A program made the translations under genes and the position numbers. Source: a virus (lineage: Duplodnaviria > Caudoviricetes). From it: a stretch of 43,415 nucleotides of DNA. The stretch's first letter is position 1. Each line of letters opens with the position of its first letter. Location: the IMG/VR virus record IMGVR_UViG_3300032231_000007, positions 1-43,415 of that record; one strand, 5' to 3'. Of the stretch, positions 27,595-37,232 are shown one piece after another. The notes below the pieces were generated by a model that saw only the letters and a program-made list of their open reading frames with translations, was not told where the DNA came from and searched no databases.

Positions 27595-27622
27595 CTACTG
27601 CTCATATACTTTGCCGTTGTTA
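27595..27622 (+). repeat. Degenerate site, right arm plus GTT only
   Basis: CTACTGCTCATA matches right arm at 415-426; GTT at 27616. Confidence 0.6.
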
Positions 27623-27634
27623 AAAATAATAAAA

Positions 27635-28006
27635 TTATTCGCTTAGTCCTTCATTCAAACTTTCTGCAAATTTCTTTATTATTTGTTCTTTGGTTATTAA
27701 GCCATCTTTTACAGCTTTCTGTATTGCACCTCTTGGTAAATCTTCATCTTCTTTCCTATCATAATAAAGAAAGTCAGACACTAAATCTTCTATTGTATTT
27801 TCTATGTTTTCAATCATGATTTTACTATTTATGTTAATATTTCTTTTTTTGCAAAATTCATCCCATTCTTCTGGAGTCATTAACTCCTTGGTTTTGCCAA
27901 CATCCTTAACTTTCTTAACTAATTCTTGCACTTCTAGGCTACCCTCGAAATTATATTTTACGTAAGGGTGAAGGCCGCTATTGGAACTACAGTGTGATAT
28001 TCTCAT
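27635..28006 (-). CDS. Hypothetical protein (alternative start at 27817)
   Basis: ORF; LYYDRKEDEDL motif in C-terminal half. Confidence 0.55.
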   Translation of the reverse strand: MRISHCSSNSGLHPYVKYNFEGSLEVQELVKKVKDVGKTKELMTPEEWDEFCKKRNININSKIMIENIENTIEDLVSDFLYYDRKEDEDLPRGAIQKAVKDGLITKEQIIKKFAESLNEGLSE

Positions 28007-28208
28007 TTCTTTATTTTTATTAAAGGCTACTTAATATTTTCTAACCATATATTATAATTAGTTTCTCCTTTTTTTGTAAGATAATACTTGCCATTTTTCT
28101 TCATAAACCAACCTAGGTTTACTTTCGTTGATGTGCCCCCTTCAATAAATGAATCAAATGGCTTATGATTATTTTTATCCCACCACCCGGAAACTTCAAT
28201 CTGCTCTA

Positions 28209-28472
28209 CTATTTTAGGGTTAAATTCTTTCGCGTCTTCTGTTTTTTTATGCTCATATTTACAGCATGATACGTTAATTGATTCGCTAAAATCATAGCAG
28301 CTTTAGGAGACAGATTAAACATCAGCGATTTCATTCCTAATCTATTCTCTGCAATAAAATACTCGTTAGCTGATTCTTTGTCGAATACTTTCAACTCAAT
28401 TGTTATGACGCTTCCGGTAATTTGAGTGCTTACCCTTGAGTTTCGCTTTGGCTTAGTTGTTAGGCTATTCAT
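28209..28472 (-). CDS. Hypothetical protein
   Basis: Packed ORF. Confidence 0.55.
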   Translation of the reverse strand: MNSLTTKPKRNSRVSTQITGSVITIELKVFDKESANEYFIAENRLGMKSLMFNLSPKAAMILANQLTYHAVNMSIKKQKTRKNLTLK

Positions 28473-28765
28473 CTTTTCAGTCGTTTATTTACTATTGTAT
28501 AATCTTTCTTTAAAACCATATCGCTATCTGCCCATTTTTGGAACGCTTCACGAGCTCCTAAATGATAATAATTGATTCCTTCATAGGCGATGGTTAGGTC
28601 GTGGACTTCGCCAGTTGCTTTGCATTGCACACGCTTCCCGGAATTCCTGGTGCTGATATAAACATTGAAATATTTATCTTTGTGCGCCACTCCTGTAGCA
28701 TGGTCGAGCACAAATGTTTTTAGTCTTTTATACCCCGTTCTTTTAATGTTTTCCGGTATAATCAT
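28469..28765 (-). CDS. Hypothetical protein
   Basis: Packed ORF. Confidence 0.55.
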   Translation of the reverse strand: MIIPENIKRTGYKRLKTFVLDHATGVAHKDKYFNVYISTRNSGKRVQCKATGEVHDLTIAYEGINYYHLGAREAFQKWADSDMVLKKDYTIVNKRLKR

Positions 28766-28976
28766 TTTCGTTTATTTCGTTTAACTCCTTAATTGCTCAC
28801 ACCCAAGGCAAATGCCCTTAATGCCAAATTGATGCGGCTTTCTGTATTTTTTACAGCTCGAACAAATACGGCTTATCCTGTTAGTGCAGCCTTCCTTTGT
28901 GTGTACAAATGGCTTGCCCGGCTTAAAATCTTGATCTGATCCTTTAATCATTTTAGTGGCTCTCGGTTCTCTTATA

Positions 28977-29033
28977 TAAAATTAACTCTTATGAATGTGA
29001 ATGACAAGTTAATTATAAAATATATTTTTATAA
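28977..29033 (-). promoter_or_regulatory. Promoter plus putative operator
   Basis: CTTG-N20-TAATTTTA; same 21 bp element as 4993-5013 at the same offset. Confidence 0.65.
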
Positions 29034-29114
29034 GTAAAATTATTGCCACTATTAGCAATATTATAACTGGCCAGTAATATCGATTTTCAAATAGGTAATA
29101 TTTTGTAATTTTTC

Positions 29115-29393
29115 TCATAACTTATCGTGCAATTGATGACACTCCCTACATCTAGGGTGTATGTTTCTTATGTCCCAAGCCAATTCCGTGCGCCCTTCCT
29201 TTTGGCAGCGATCAACACTAATATCATGACTGCAATCGATGTATACCCCGGAAGCTCGCCCACAATCTACGCAAAAGTTATAACCATGCTCTAGCAATTG
29301 GTTATCTAAAACTAGTTTTTTAGCATTGCGAACTTGCAGGTCTACTGCTGACTTTTTAACACGCTCTCCGGAAGAGGTTTTATAACTGTTCAT
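29115..29393 (-). CDS. HNH (NinG-like) endonuclease
   Basis: CVDC...CSH...NIHPRCRECH. Confidence 0.7.
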   Translation of the reverse strand: MNSYKTSSGERVKKSAVDLQVRNAKKLVLDNQLLEHGYNFCVDCGRASGVYIDCSHDISVDRCQKEGRTELAWDIRNIHPRCRECHQLHDKL

Positions 29394-29740
29394 TTGCGCT
29401 TTATTACATGAATTTCCTTACCTATTAAAGCTTTAAACAATTTAGCCTTTAGCCTGAATATTGGAGTTACTACCCCCTTGGTGTCTTCGTAAGAGATTAG
29501 CCCATTATTATAAATGACGACAAAGTCAACCTTTACCCAGGCTATCAATTTGCCGTTCACAATAAGATCAACCCTCTCTTGCATTCTGAAGTCAGCTATT
29601 TCCCCATCCCTTTTTCTTAGCTTTAAAATATTATAATAGTCACGCTCCCATTTGCTGTCAAATGTGATGCCGTCCGAGACCGCTTTCTTAGCCCCGTATT
29701 TATTTCGCTTTTTCAGCTTCTTGTATTCTGTTATATTCAT
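29390..29740 (-). CDS. DUF1064 family PD-(D/E)XK endonuclease
   Basis: NKYGAKK, DGITFDSKWE, VDF...EDTKG..T.IFRLKAKL. Confidence 0.85.
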   Translation of the reverse strand: MNITEYKKLKKRNKYGAKKAVSDGITFDSKWERDYYNILKLRKRDGEIADFRMQERVDLIVNGKLIAWVKVDFVVIYNNGLISYEDTKGVVTPIFRLKAKLFKALIGKEIHVIKRK

Positions 29741-29892
29741 GCCAATGAAGCGTAAATTAAAGTAGCCATTATTATAATATTGGCTATCAATAATATTAGG
29801 TTAAAATAAAAGGCTCCGGATATTAGTTTCTTGCTACTCATAATCTTCTTTTTAAAATTTTTTATGGCATATCTGCGAAGGGCAGAGACGCC

Positions 29893-29955
29893 AGTTAACA
29901 GTCGCTAATATCAAGCCTCCTGAAGGGGAGGCCATATATTAGCTTGGTGTTGTAT
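29893..29955 (+). repeat. attC-like hairpin site (short)
   Basis: AGTTAAC; GCTAATAT/ATATTAGC and GCCTCC/GGAGGC stems; GTT at 29949. Confidence 0.75.
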
Positions 29956-30033
29956 TCCATTGCGCCAAAAAGTATATTTATAAAATTGAAAAGTAGTAGT
30001 GGCGCAACGTAAGCTTGCCGAAAAAGGCAAGCA

Positions 30034-30670
30034 ATACAACACCATATATACTTCATGGCTGGGTCAGCATTTCAATTTAGCATTCTACAAGTTTGACCAA
30101 AAATAAAAAGCCGACCCGCTTTAGTTTTTTCAAAACTATTTGGATTTTTCAGTCATCAACTTTCCATACTCCTTTAATGCTTCATCAAATGTTTTACCGA
30201 AAGCATAGTTATCTGATTCTTGCAAGTTAATAAAGTCTAATCCGTGGGCGCAATACTCGTTCCCATCTTTTTCAACTTTAACTTTCCACCAATCATTATC
30301 CACATTTTTACCACCACAATCATTGCAAACCCAAAAACCTCCATACTGGAAAGGGCAACCGCCGCAGCATTTGCATCTAAATTTATGTGTAAATGCAATT
30401 TCTCCTTTCTTTGCCATGCTTTCGGCATATTCATAACCTTGCAATCTTGCGTTTATGTCATGGTGTCCGTCACCAAAATTAGGCTTGCGGTGTCCCATTA
30501 TAAACATATTAAATCCACAGGCAACGCTTGAGTTGCTGGTTTTAATTAAATCCTGTGCATACTTTAATTTTTCCATTTTTTGCCTCCTCTATTTTTTCTT
30601 TTTTAAGTTAGTATTTCAAATCAAATTCAGTGGGTAATTTCGCCACGAAAGCATATATTTTTCGTTATAT
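30034..30670 (+). repeat. Giant attC-like site with an entire gene in the loop
   Basis: ATACAAC; arms 30044-30059 / 30642-30658 (2 A.C, 1 bulge); GTT at 30664. Confidence 0.7.
30136..30576 (-). CDS. Cys-rich hypothetical protein inside site loop
   Basis: CKCCGGC...CNDC; FINLQES..AFG motif. Confidence 0.7.
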   Translation of the reverse strand: MEKLKYAQDLIKTSNSSVACGFNMFIMGHRKPNFGDGHHDINARLQGYEYAESMAKKGEIAFTHKFRCKCCGGCPFQYGGFWVCNDCGGKNVDNDWWKVKVEKDGNEYCAHGLDFINLQESDNYAFGKTFDEALKEYGKLMTEKSK

Positions 30671-30877
30671 GCCATTGGGTGCAATTGTGTCAAGCGTATT
30701 GCACAGCATATCTTCAATTATAATTTCGTGTGGTTTATCATCTCGGTAATCTACTCTTATAGCTATATCTTCTTTATCAGCATTTGCCAATTCTGCCACA
30801 TTTACAAAACAACGGCATATAACATCAGCTATATGTAATGCCTTGCCGTTCTCATCAAATATTTTTAAATCTTCCAT
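30665..30877 (-). CDS. Cassette protein starting in site loop (start likely MEDLKI)
   Basis: GTTATATGCC / GGCATATAAC ends; reads through as ...IADVICR... Confidence 0.7.
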   Translation of the reverse strand: MEDLKIFDENGKALHIADVICRCFVNVAELANADKEDIAIRVDYRDDKPHEIIIEDMLCNTLDTIAPNGI

Positions 30878-30945
30878 CTTTGTATCTTTTATTAAAGTTT
30901 GGTGTAGTTTTGTAAAAGGCACTACACATAGCCAAACCGTTATGA
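30817..30945 (+). repeat. attC-like hairpin site containing a gene start
   Basis: ATATAAC; arms 30828-30844 / 30916-30932 pair 15/17; GTT at 30939. Confidence 0.85.
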
Positions 30946-30949
30946 TCAA

Positions 30950-31321
30950 TTAAGATCGTCTGTGCTCGAAGCATTCCTGCGTATCTAATTGCAATACTTC
31001 AGGGATGCAAGATACTTGCTTATTCAGCTTTCCACAGTCACCATAATGCAAAGCACATTCAGCTTCATCAAATTGAAAAACCAGCTTTCTAGCTTCTTTT
31101 AGCAGTTCTTTTGCTTTCAATTTTTCGCCTTTCTCAATCCAAAATTGAGCCCTTTTAATCTTCCTCAATCTCTTATTATCAAAGTAGTCCTTTTGCCATT
31201 TATAATGAAGGTCTACTGATTTTTGTCTTCTGAACATTGACCGTTTGAAGTGTTTGCAATCACTGCAATTACAATCACTGCAATTACAATCAAGTATTTG
31301 TAAATCGAATTTATCTATCAT
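30950..31321 (-). CDS. Cassette Cys-rich protein with 15 bp tandem duplication
   Basis: DCNCSDCNCSDC; flanked by GTTATGATC and GATCATAAAC (31344-31353). Confidence 0.7.
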   Translation of the reverse strand: MIDKFDLQILDCNCSDCNCSDCKHFKRSMFRRQKSVDLHYKWQKDYFDNKRLRKIKRAQFWIEKGEKLKAKELLKEARKLVFQFDEAECALHYGDCGKLNKQVSCIPEVLQLDTQECFEHRRS

Positions 31322-31451
31322 TGTTTTCCTGTTTAAATTAAAAGATCATAAACACTAGGTAAATTTAATTGCTCTCTATTGCCCTTTATGTAGTTCTGGT
31401 CTATAAACTTTGATGTAACTCGCAATTACACCTTTTGCATTGTTCTTTTAT

Positions 31452-31814
31452 TTACGCTTCTAGTATCTCAATATACTTGTTTTCAAAAACATCATATCCA
31501 CTATTTGAAAGATGCTCCATTCTATATTTGTTGTCTGACACTTTAATTATTCTTGCTTCAAAGTTCAGTCCACCATCCTCATTAACCATGAATATACCTT
31601 GTACACCGCTCAGTCTTATAGCAGAAGGGCTATAAGACCCTGAATTTGTACCTTGAAATAAGTTAATAGCAGTAAGGCATTTATCAATTGTGTCATGCGT
31701 TAATTCCCCAACCCATTGCGTTTCTTTTATCGTTTTTAAAGCTGATACTTTTGCGTTGTTTTCTGCTGTGTTTTCTAAAGCTTTCATTTCGTTGTTTGTT
31801 TGCGTGTTAATCAT
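31452..31814 (-). CDS. Hypothetical protein
   Basis: ORF behind promoter; start may be MKAL at 31787. Confidence 0.6.
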   Translation of the reverse strand: MINTQTNNEMKALENTAENNAKVSALKTIKETQWVGELTHDTIDKCLTAINLFQGTNSGSYSPSAIRLSGVQGIFMVNEDGGLNFEARIIKVSDNKYRMEHLSNSGYDVFENKYIEILEA

Positions 31815-31818
31815 ATAG

Positions 31819-31850
31819 CAATAATAGTGTAATATAATTTACTATACAAG
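31819..31850 (-). promoter_or_regulatory. Bacteroidota-type promoter
   Basis: CTTG-N20-TATTATTG. Confidence 0.5.
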
Positions 31851-31863
31851 TATTTGGTAAAGT

Positions 31864-32220
31864 TCATATTAATTTATCTTTAATTTGGTCAATTAGTCTA
31901 TCCATTCGTGACCTGTAGAACAATGAAAAATCTACAATTCCAGCATTGTCTTGCGACCATAAAACATAAAGAACATCTCTTAATCTTTGACTTTCTGTTT
32001 TATATCCCGCCTCTTCTACTTTTAAAGAGTCTATAGTATCGGAAACCTCTTTAACTATATTCTCCTTTGAAATGAGCACCTTTGAAAATTGTCCATTTAG
32101 CGATACTATCTCAGCTAATTTTTCTGGGTCTGTTATTTCTTGGAGATCAAATGTTAATCTTACCGTCCGGTCTTGTAAAACCCTAAACCCGTTAATAATT
32201 CCAGTTGTTAGTACACTCAT
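31864..32220 (-). CDS. Hypothetical phage protein
   Basis: KTESQRLRDVLYVLW...FY...M..LI pattern. Confidence 0.7.
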   Translation of the reverse strand: MSVLTTGIINGFRVLQDRTVRLTFDLQEITDPEKLAEIVSLNGQFSKVLISKENIVKEVSDTIDSLKVEEAGYKTESQRLRDVLYVLWSQDNAGIVDFSLFYRSRMDRLIDQIKDKLI

Positions 32221-32394
32221 GTTTCAAATGGTTTAGATAGGTCGTATTTCATTTCTTTTTAATGTACTCTCTAATAATTTGGTGAGTAGCTTTTGGTTCA
32301 TAAACATAACTATCATAAGGCATTGCATTCTTTTGCAAGTCCTTAACTATTTTCTCCATGACTTTGTCCAGCCGCTTTTTATCTTCCTTATTTT

Positions 32395-32622
32395 TCATGA
32401 AAATAAATCTGGTTGTTTTGCGTTTTTGCTTTTTATTGTTCGCCTATTTTTTGTAAGCGGCTTTTCTAAATCATTAGCCAATCGTTGTTCTGGGTGCTCT
32501 TTGATAATTTGGTCGTAAAGCTCCCGATTGTCATAATAAGCTCTGATCTTTTCAACCCTATTGGCTGTTTCATCTTGCCAGGCGTTGCCTGTTGGGCTAT
32601 CTAAGAATGGGTAATTAATCAT
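32395..32622 (-). CDS. Hypothetical protein
   Basis: ORF ending in QPDLF. Confidence 0.5.
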   Translation of the reverse strand: MINYPFLDSPTGNAWQDETANRVEKIRAYYDNRELYDQIIKEHPEQRLANDLEKPLTKNRRTIKSKNAKQPDLFS

Positions 32623-32784
32623 AATGATAAGCTACAATTGACCAGCCGATGAAGCCTCCTATTATGAAGTATCCAATTTCTTGCCTTGGCAGCGGCTTCC
32701 TAACTTTATAAGATGGGTTCAAACTAGCCGAACAACTTGAACAAATAATCAACGCAGCTATTGCCGCTTTTCGAATAATCCTTT

Positions 32785-33051
32785 TCATATCTCTTTAATT
32801 GTTAAAATTGCCTCTGATATCTCCGCCCAGAACTCATCAACATAACCCGCAAAACTTCTGCTAACTAAGTTGTTTAATTCTCGATCATTAGGACAGTACA
32901 GCGTTATTTCCTTTTTAGTAGTACTTAGACGGCAGAAGAACGCTGTTGCATTGCCATAATGAACCAATAAAGCTACTTTAATCAATAATAGATTTCCGGC
33001 CTCTATTGAGTGCTCCTTATCTCCGGTCGATTTTTTAAACAGTATCTTCAT
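32785..33051 (-). CDS. Hypothetical protein
   Basis: Packed ORF. Confidence 0.5.
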   Translation of the reverse strand: MKILFKKSTGDKEHSIEAGNLLLIKVALLVHYGNATAFFCRLSTTKKEITLYCPNDRELNNLVSRSFAGYVDEFWAEISEAILTIKEI

Positions 33052-33224
33052 TTTGGCTTATTCTCATATATATAAATAGCAAAATTCACCCACCGGGGTA
33101 ACTTCCCATTTGGTTGCAGCATTGTCTTTACTGAATTATATGTGTGCCCGGTAATCTTGGCTATCTTTCGGTAGCCAAGATCAAGTTCTTCCATAATAGC
33201 GTATAGTTTTTCGTGGTCTGTCAT
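33048..33224 (-). CDS. 58 aa HTH-like protein (not in ORF track)
   Basis: MTDHEKLYAIMEELDLGYRKIAKITGHTYNSVKTML...; ATGA overlap. Confidence 0.55.
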   Translation of the reverse strand: MTDHEKLYAIMEELDLGYRKIAKITGHTYNSVKTMLQPNGKLPRWVNFAIYIYENKPK

Positions 33225-33242
33225 TTTAAATTTTATTTATAA

Positions 33243-33866
33243 TTATATTAAGCCATCTAAATCTTCGTTTTCAACTTCCCATGATTTTGAGAAGTCTTCA
33301 TCCATAAAGGCTTCCGCAAGCCCTGTAACCTGTTTTAACCTTAATACTTCGTCCGCATCCATTCCAAGTTCTTTGCCTATGCGGGCATTCGTCCAATTAT
33401 GCTTTTTAAGCATTACAATAAGATTAGCTGATAATTCAACTTGATGTGTTCCTCTTGCAATGTTGTGCCGAACTGTTGATGTTATTCTGTCTTGTATGTT
33501 TTTATCAAGCTTACTGATTGGTAAATAACCTTTCAGGCTATCACGTATTACCTTGTCATTTGCAGCATGAGTTCGCCTGTGAAATCCATCTACAACAACA
33601 TACTTATCATTGTCATTTGCCGCTACAACTGGCATAGTTAAACCATCTTTTCTAATCGAAAGATTCAACAACTTCATTTCAGGTGGAGCAACCTTGTTTG
33701 GGTTATAATCATTAGCTTTTACATATTCAACTGGAACAAGCTGAATATTCAAAACAGGATGTTTCAATCCAATAAAATCATAAAGTTGTTGAGTTACCTC
33801 ATTGTAAATTTCAACTTTTTTATCAAAAGCGGATTCCTTATACTTTTCAAGTAATTCATGTATCAT
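33243..33866 (-). CDS. ibrB: IbrB-like ParB/Sulfiredoxin-domain protein
   Basis: ANDYNPNKVAPPEMKLL..SI..DG.T.P, VVDGFHR, STVRHNIARGTH, ELGMDADEVLRLKQ. Confidence 0.88.
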   Translation of the reverse strand: MIHELLEKYKESAFDKKVEIYNEVTQQLYDFIGLKHPVLNIQLVPVEYVKANDYNPNKVAPPEMKLLNLSIRKDGLTMPVVAANDNDKYVVVDGFHRRTHAANDKVIRDSLKGYLPISKLDKNIQDRITSTVRHNIARGTHQVELSANLIVMLKKHNWTNARIGKELGMDADEVLRLKQVTGLAEAFMDEDFSKSWEVENEDLDGLI

Positions 33867-35068
33867 AATTGCTGGTATTTTTCAATCATTTGTAATTGGC
33901 GTTCCATTTCTTTTTTGGTCTGTGAAAAAGATAAACCTTTGCACCAATAATCATTTTTTAAAAGCACCTTACAAACACGCCTCCACGATGGAGCTTTCTT
34001 TGCAGCTTCCATTTTCGGGTCTGACTTATCTGGCATAGTCTCAAATCCTTCTTTTTTCCAATAACCCCAGAATTTATTTATCTTCTTCTGATAATGTTCC
34101 CGTAGATATGGAGGCATAGTTTCAAGTAGAAATTTTGCGTAGCTCTCATAGGTGTGTCCTTTAGGTAAATTAATTTTATAGTGCCCAAGTGTGGTTTTAT
34201 TATTTTCTACATATCTATTCCCAAAATTTGCTCCTTCTACCCTATTAACAACTTTTGCCCAAGTCTCAGGTTCTAATATTTTGAATAAATAGAGCCCTTG
34301 CCTTTGGTCATCGCCATAAGGCTGGCACAATCGTTGTTTATGAATAGACACGCCTGCGAGATTCATTATATCATATATTTTATTATATTTCCATCTGAAT
34401 TTTCCATTGGCCACCCAAACATCTTCAGTCCTCCAATCATAAATAGGGAAAGCACTATAAATTTCCCATTTATTATCTTCTCTAAATAATTTTGTTGTCC
34501 ATTGGTTGCCCTTGTATTTAATTTTCGAATCGCTCGCAATAGTTCTATATCTATTTAAACTTTCATCTGAACGAATACCAACTACTTGGCATGTTTTTTT
34601 TCCATTTGAAAACCATTTTGCAAATTCTGAAACAAATTCCTCAAACTCCATTCCTACACGAAAAAATGGGAAATAATTAACATCTGATATTACACTTTTA
34701 TGAATAGGTAAATCTCTCACCCAAGCCTCTTTTTTGCTTTTATCCCAACATAACCAATGAGGCTGAAACTGAGAAACAGCATTTCTTAAATGCATAGGCA
34801 AGCACACCCAATATGCTTTTACTTCATTCCTATTAAACATTTCATGCGTATATTCGATAGCATGCTTATATTGTGCCTCAAAATCTATATACAATGCATG
34901 AACCGGGAGTTTCCCCATTTCTTTGGCTACCTCAATAGCCAAGTTTAATAATACTCCACTATCTTTCCCATTTGAAAACGACACACACACTCTATCAAAT
35001 TCTGAAAATATTATTCTGAAACGATTTTTTGCAGCTTCATGAACGTTTATATCAAGATATTTTTTCAT
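33863..35068 (-). CDS. ibrA: IbrA-like PAPS reductase/DUF3440 protein
   Basis: PP-loop SFSNGKDS, GIRSDESLNR, PIYDW...DVW, QRLCQPYG, PSWRR.CK.LLKND. Confidence 0.88.
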   Translation of the reverse strand: MKKYLDINVHEAAKNRFRIIFSEFDRVCVSFSNGKDSGVLLNLAIEVAKEMGKLPVHALYIDFEAQYKHAIEYTHEMFNRNEVKAYWVCLPMHLRNAVSQFQPHWLCWDKSKKEAWVRDLPIHKSVISDVNYFPFFRVGMEFEEFVSEFAKWFSNGKKTCQVVGIRSDESLNRYRTIASDSKIKYKGNQWTTKLFREDNKWEIYSAFPIYDWRTEDVWVANGKFRWKYNKIYDIMNLAGVSIHKQRLCQPYGDDQRQGLYLFKILEPETWAKVVNRVEGANFGNRYVENNKTTLGHYKINLPKGHTYESYAKFLLETMPPYLREHYQKKINKFWGYWKKEGFETMPDKSDPKMEAAKKAPSWRRVCKVLLKNDYWCKGLSFSQTKKEMERQLQMIEKYQQL

Positions 35069-36264
35069 AAATCCTTTCTTAATTCTTCAATTGTTTTCTC
35101 ATTAAAAACATCTAGCAAATTTCTTTTACGTTCAATATTTTGGTTTATCATTGACTCTAACCCTACATTTCCAGTAAGATCATAATATGTACATTCATCA
35201 TTCTGCCCCTCTCGGTAAATTCTCCTTTCTATTTGCTCACGCTGTGCATAATCCCAGGTCTTATCCCAAAATATGATTGTATTGTATGCTTGCAGATTAA
35301 GACCGTATGAGTGTTTTGCAATGCTCTTTATCTCAACGTCTTTGTAATATTCTTTAAGTGCCTCCTGGGTATCAATGTACTTAGCATAAATCAGTACTTT
35401 CGACTTATCCGAAGCATTGATTATTTTATCTACAACGTCAAATTTTGCAGGAGACAATGAATAATTATGCTGCATCTTTTGGGTAATTTTCAAAAAGATA
35501 TTATTGTTTATTGCTAATAGATATTCATCATCAAGGTATTTGGTCTTTAGCCTATCATGTTCCTCATGCTCTTCATCTGTAAGAAAATAATCGACATCAA
35601 TGTGTTGCTGACCAATGCTAAGGGACAATTTGCTTTCAAAAATAAAAGGCTCAATCAAAGAATATAGATAATCAATATTATGATATTTCTTAATAAACTC
35701 TTTACTATATGAACTGCCAAACCCTTTTGAATGATAGGTAACTTTCACGTATTCGCAAAATGTGTTCTTAAATTCAGCAAGCCCCATTTTTAGGATTTTA
35801 GGGCTTAGAAATTCCATTTGAGACCATAAGTCAAGCAGATTCCTTGAAAGGGGAGTCCCGTTAAGTATAAGCCTGTACTGTGATATTTCAGTTAACCTCA
35901 TTAGTCGCTGCGTTCTGTTTGCATCAGCGTTCTTTATTTTCAAACTTTCATCACATACAACAAAAGCCTTTTTTGCTTTCTCAACTTTGCTATGATAATC
36001 AAGATAAATTCGGTCGCCATTCTGAATACTTTCAATGCCAACAATGTCACAGTCCATTCCTCCCCATTTGTTAATCTCTGCTTGCAAATTTTCTTTTGTT
36101 TGAAATGGAGTAAACCAAAGCACATAATCAGCATTTGTGTTTTTGATAAGCTCTAAAGCGGAACGTGTTTTACCTGTGCCAGGCTCCATAAATAAAGCTC
36201 CGCACCTGACAGGATTTAGCTTATCAATGGCTTTTATTTGACTATTTAAAAAGGCGGTCGTCAT
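35065..36264 (-). CDS. SNF2-family helicase/ATPase
   Basis: MEPGTGKT, VCDES, LNGTP, DLWSQ..FL, GLNLQ, Q...RIYR.GQ. Confidence 0.85.
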   Translation of the reverse strand: MTTAFLNSQIKAIDKLNPVRCGALFMEPGTGKTRSALELIKNTNADYVLWFTPFQTKENLQAEINKWGGMDCDIVGIESIQNGDRIYLDYHSKVEKAKKAFVVCDESLKIKNADANRTQRLMRLTEISQYRLILNGTPLSRNLLDLWSQMEFLSPKILKMGLAEFKNTFCEYVKVTYHSKGFGSSYSKEFIKKYHNIDYLYSLIEPFIFESKLSLSIGQQHIDVDYFLTDEEHEEHDRLKTKYLDDEYLLAINNNIFLKITQKMQHNYSLSPAKFDVVDKIINASDKSKVLIYAKYIDTQEALKEYYKDVEIKSIAKHSYGLNLQAYNTIIFWDKTWDYAQREQIERRIYREGQNDECTYYDLTGNVGLESMINQNIERKRNLLDVFNEKTIEELRKDL

Positions 36265-36523
36265 GCTCTATTTTAGTTTTATCTTCCTTTTTTGGCACGT
36301 GATGAATTACGGTTATGTCTGCTAAATCTTCTGTTACTTCATATCCCATCCGTTCATAAAAGAATGATGGAATACACACATTGCCGCCAAGTTTATTATT
36401 TATAATTAGTTTCCTGCATAGTTTTATTGGAATCCAATGCTCAATACCATCAATACGGACAAGAATTGCCTTGCCCGTATCGTGAAGGAATTTGTCAAAT
36501 TTTATTCTTACTGACTTAATCAT
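36242..36523 (-). CDS. Hypothetical protein
   Basis: Packed ORF; TGKAILV...WIP. Confidence 0.6.
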   Translation of the reverse strand: MIKSVRIKFDKFLHDTGKAILVRIDGIEHWIPIKLCRKLIINNKLGGNVCIPSFFYERMGYEVTEDLADITVIHHVPKKEDKTKIEHDDRLFK

Positions 36524-36980
36524 TTAGAATTGTCTTAACTTTAAAATCAGAATTTCCACTACATTCTTCTAATCTGAAATTTTCTGCACCAATTTCAGTC
36601 AAATATCTTTCAGCATCTTCCAAATCAGATAAATCACCGATACAGTCAGCATACTTATTTTCTTTTTCATCAAACACCACAAATACTTTTTCGGCAGTAA
36701 TAAAATCAACATCTTCCTGAACTGAATCAATTATTTGTTGTTGTTGTGATTTAATCCAATTCCAATCCTGTGAAGGACAATCAATGTAGCAACATACCTT
36801 AAATTCGCCATTATCTAACTGGCAAACATAAGTAGCCGTTTTCATCTTTTTTGTATTATGCCCTCTGTCAAGGTAAACTCTTTTCTTGTCGCCTTTTTCC
36901 CAATACTTTCCGTTTAATTTTTCTGCTAATTCTTGAAGTGCTAAAGCTTTCATTGTAGTATCGTTTAGTTCTTGTTTCAT
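36516..36980 (-). CDS. Hypothetical protein
   Basis: WEKGDKKRVY; first gene after promoter. Confidence 0.6.
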   Translation of the reverse strand: MKQELNDTTMKALALQELAEKLNGKYWEKGDKKRVYLDRGHNTKKMKTATYVCQLDNGEFKVCCYIDCPSQDWNWIKSQQQQIIDSVQEDVDFITAEKVFVVFDEKENKYADCIGDLSDLEDAERYLTEIGAENFRLEECSGNSDFKVKTILND

Positions 36981-36988
36981 TGTACTAG

Positions 36989-37020
36989 TAAAGGTCGTAC
37001 ATTATAGTTTACCAAACAAG
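36989..37020 (-). promoter_or_regulatory. Bacteroidota-type promoter
   Basis: CTTG-N20-GACCTTTA. Confidence 0.45.
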
Positions 37021-37031
37021 CTTTTAGTCAA

Positions 37032-37220
37032 TTATCTTTTACTTTTCTTTAAATTTATTGCAAATAAATAGTCATTGCTAGTCAAGCATGTACTATTGGC
37101 TAGCTTCCTCCCTAGGTTATTAAATAGCTTTTCGTCTCTCGGCAGAGGAACCATCTCCCTTAGTAATTGAGACTTGCTAACTACTACTAAACTGTTATTC
37201 ATTTTCGATTGAAATATCAT
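37032..37220 (-). CDS. Hypothetical protein (degenerate cassette gene)
   Basis: Reads through TTGCTAAC (37174-37181) as ...VVVSKS... Confidence 0.45.
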   Translation of the reverse strand: MIFQSKMNNSLVVVSKSQLLREMVPLPRDEKLFNNLGRKLANSTCLTSNDYLFAINLKKSKR

Positions 37221-37232
37221 ATCTCCCGGGTT

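Noticed and set aside
29893-29955. Dedicated attI site
   Set aside because: It folds as a normal short hairpin site with AAC box and both arms, so the 26773 copy is better read as a truncated site
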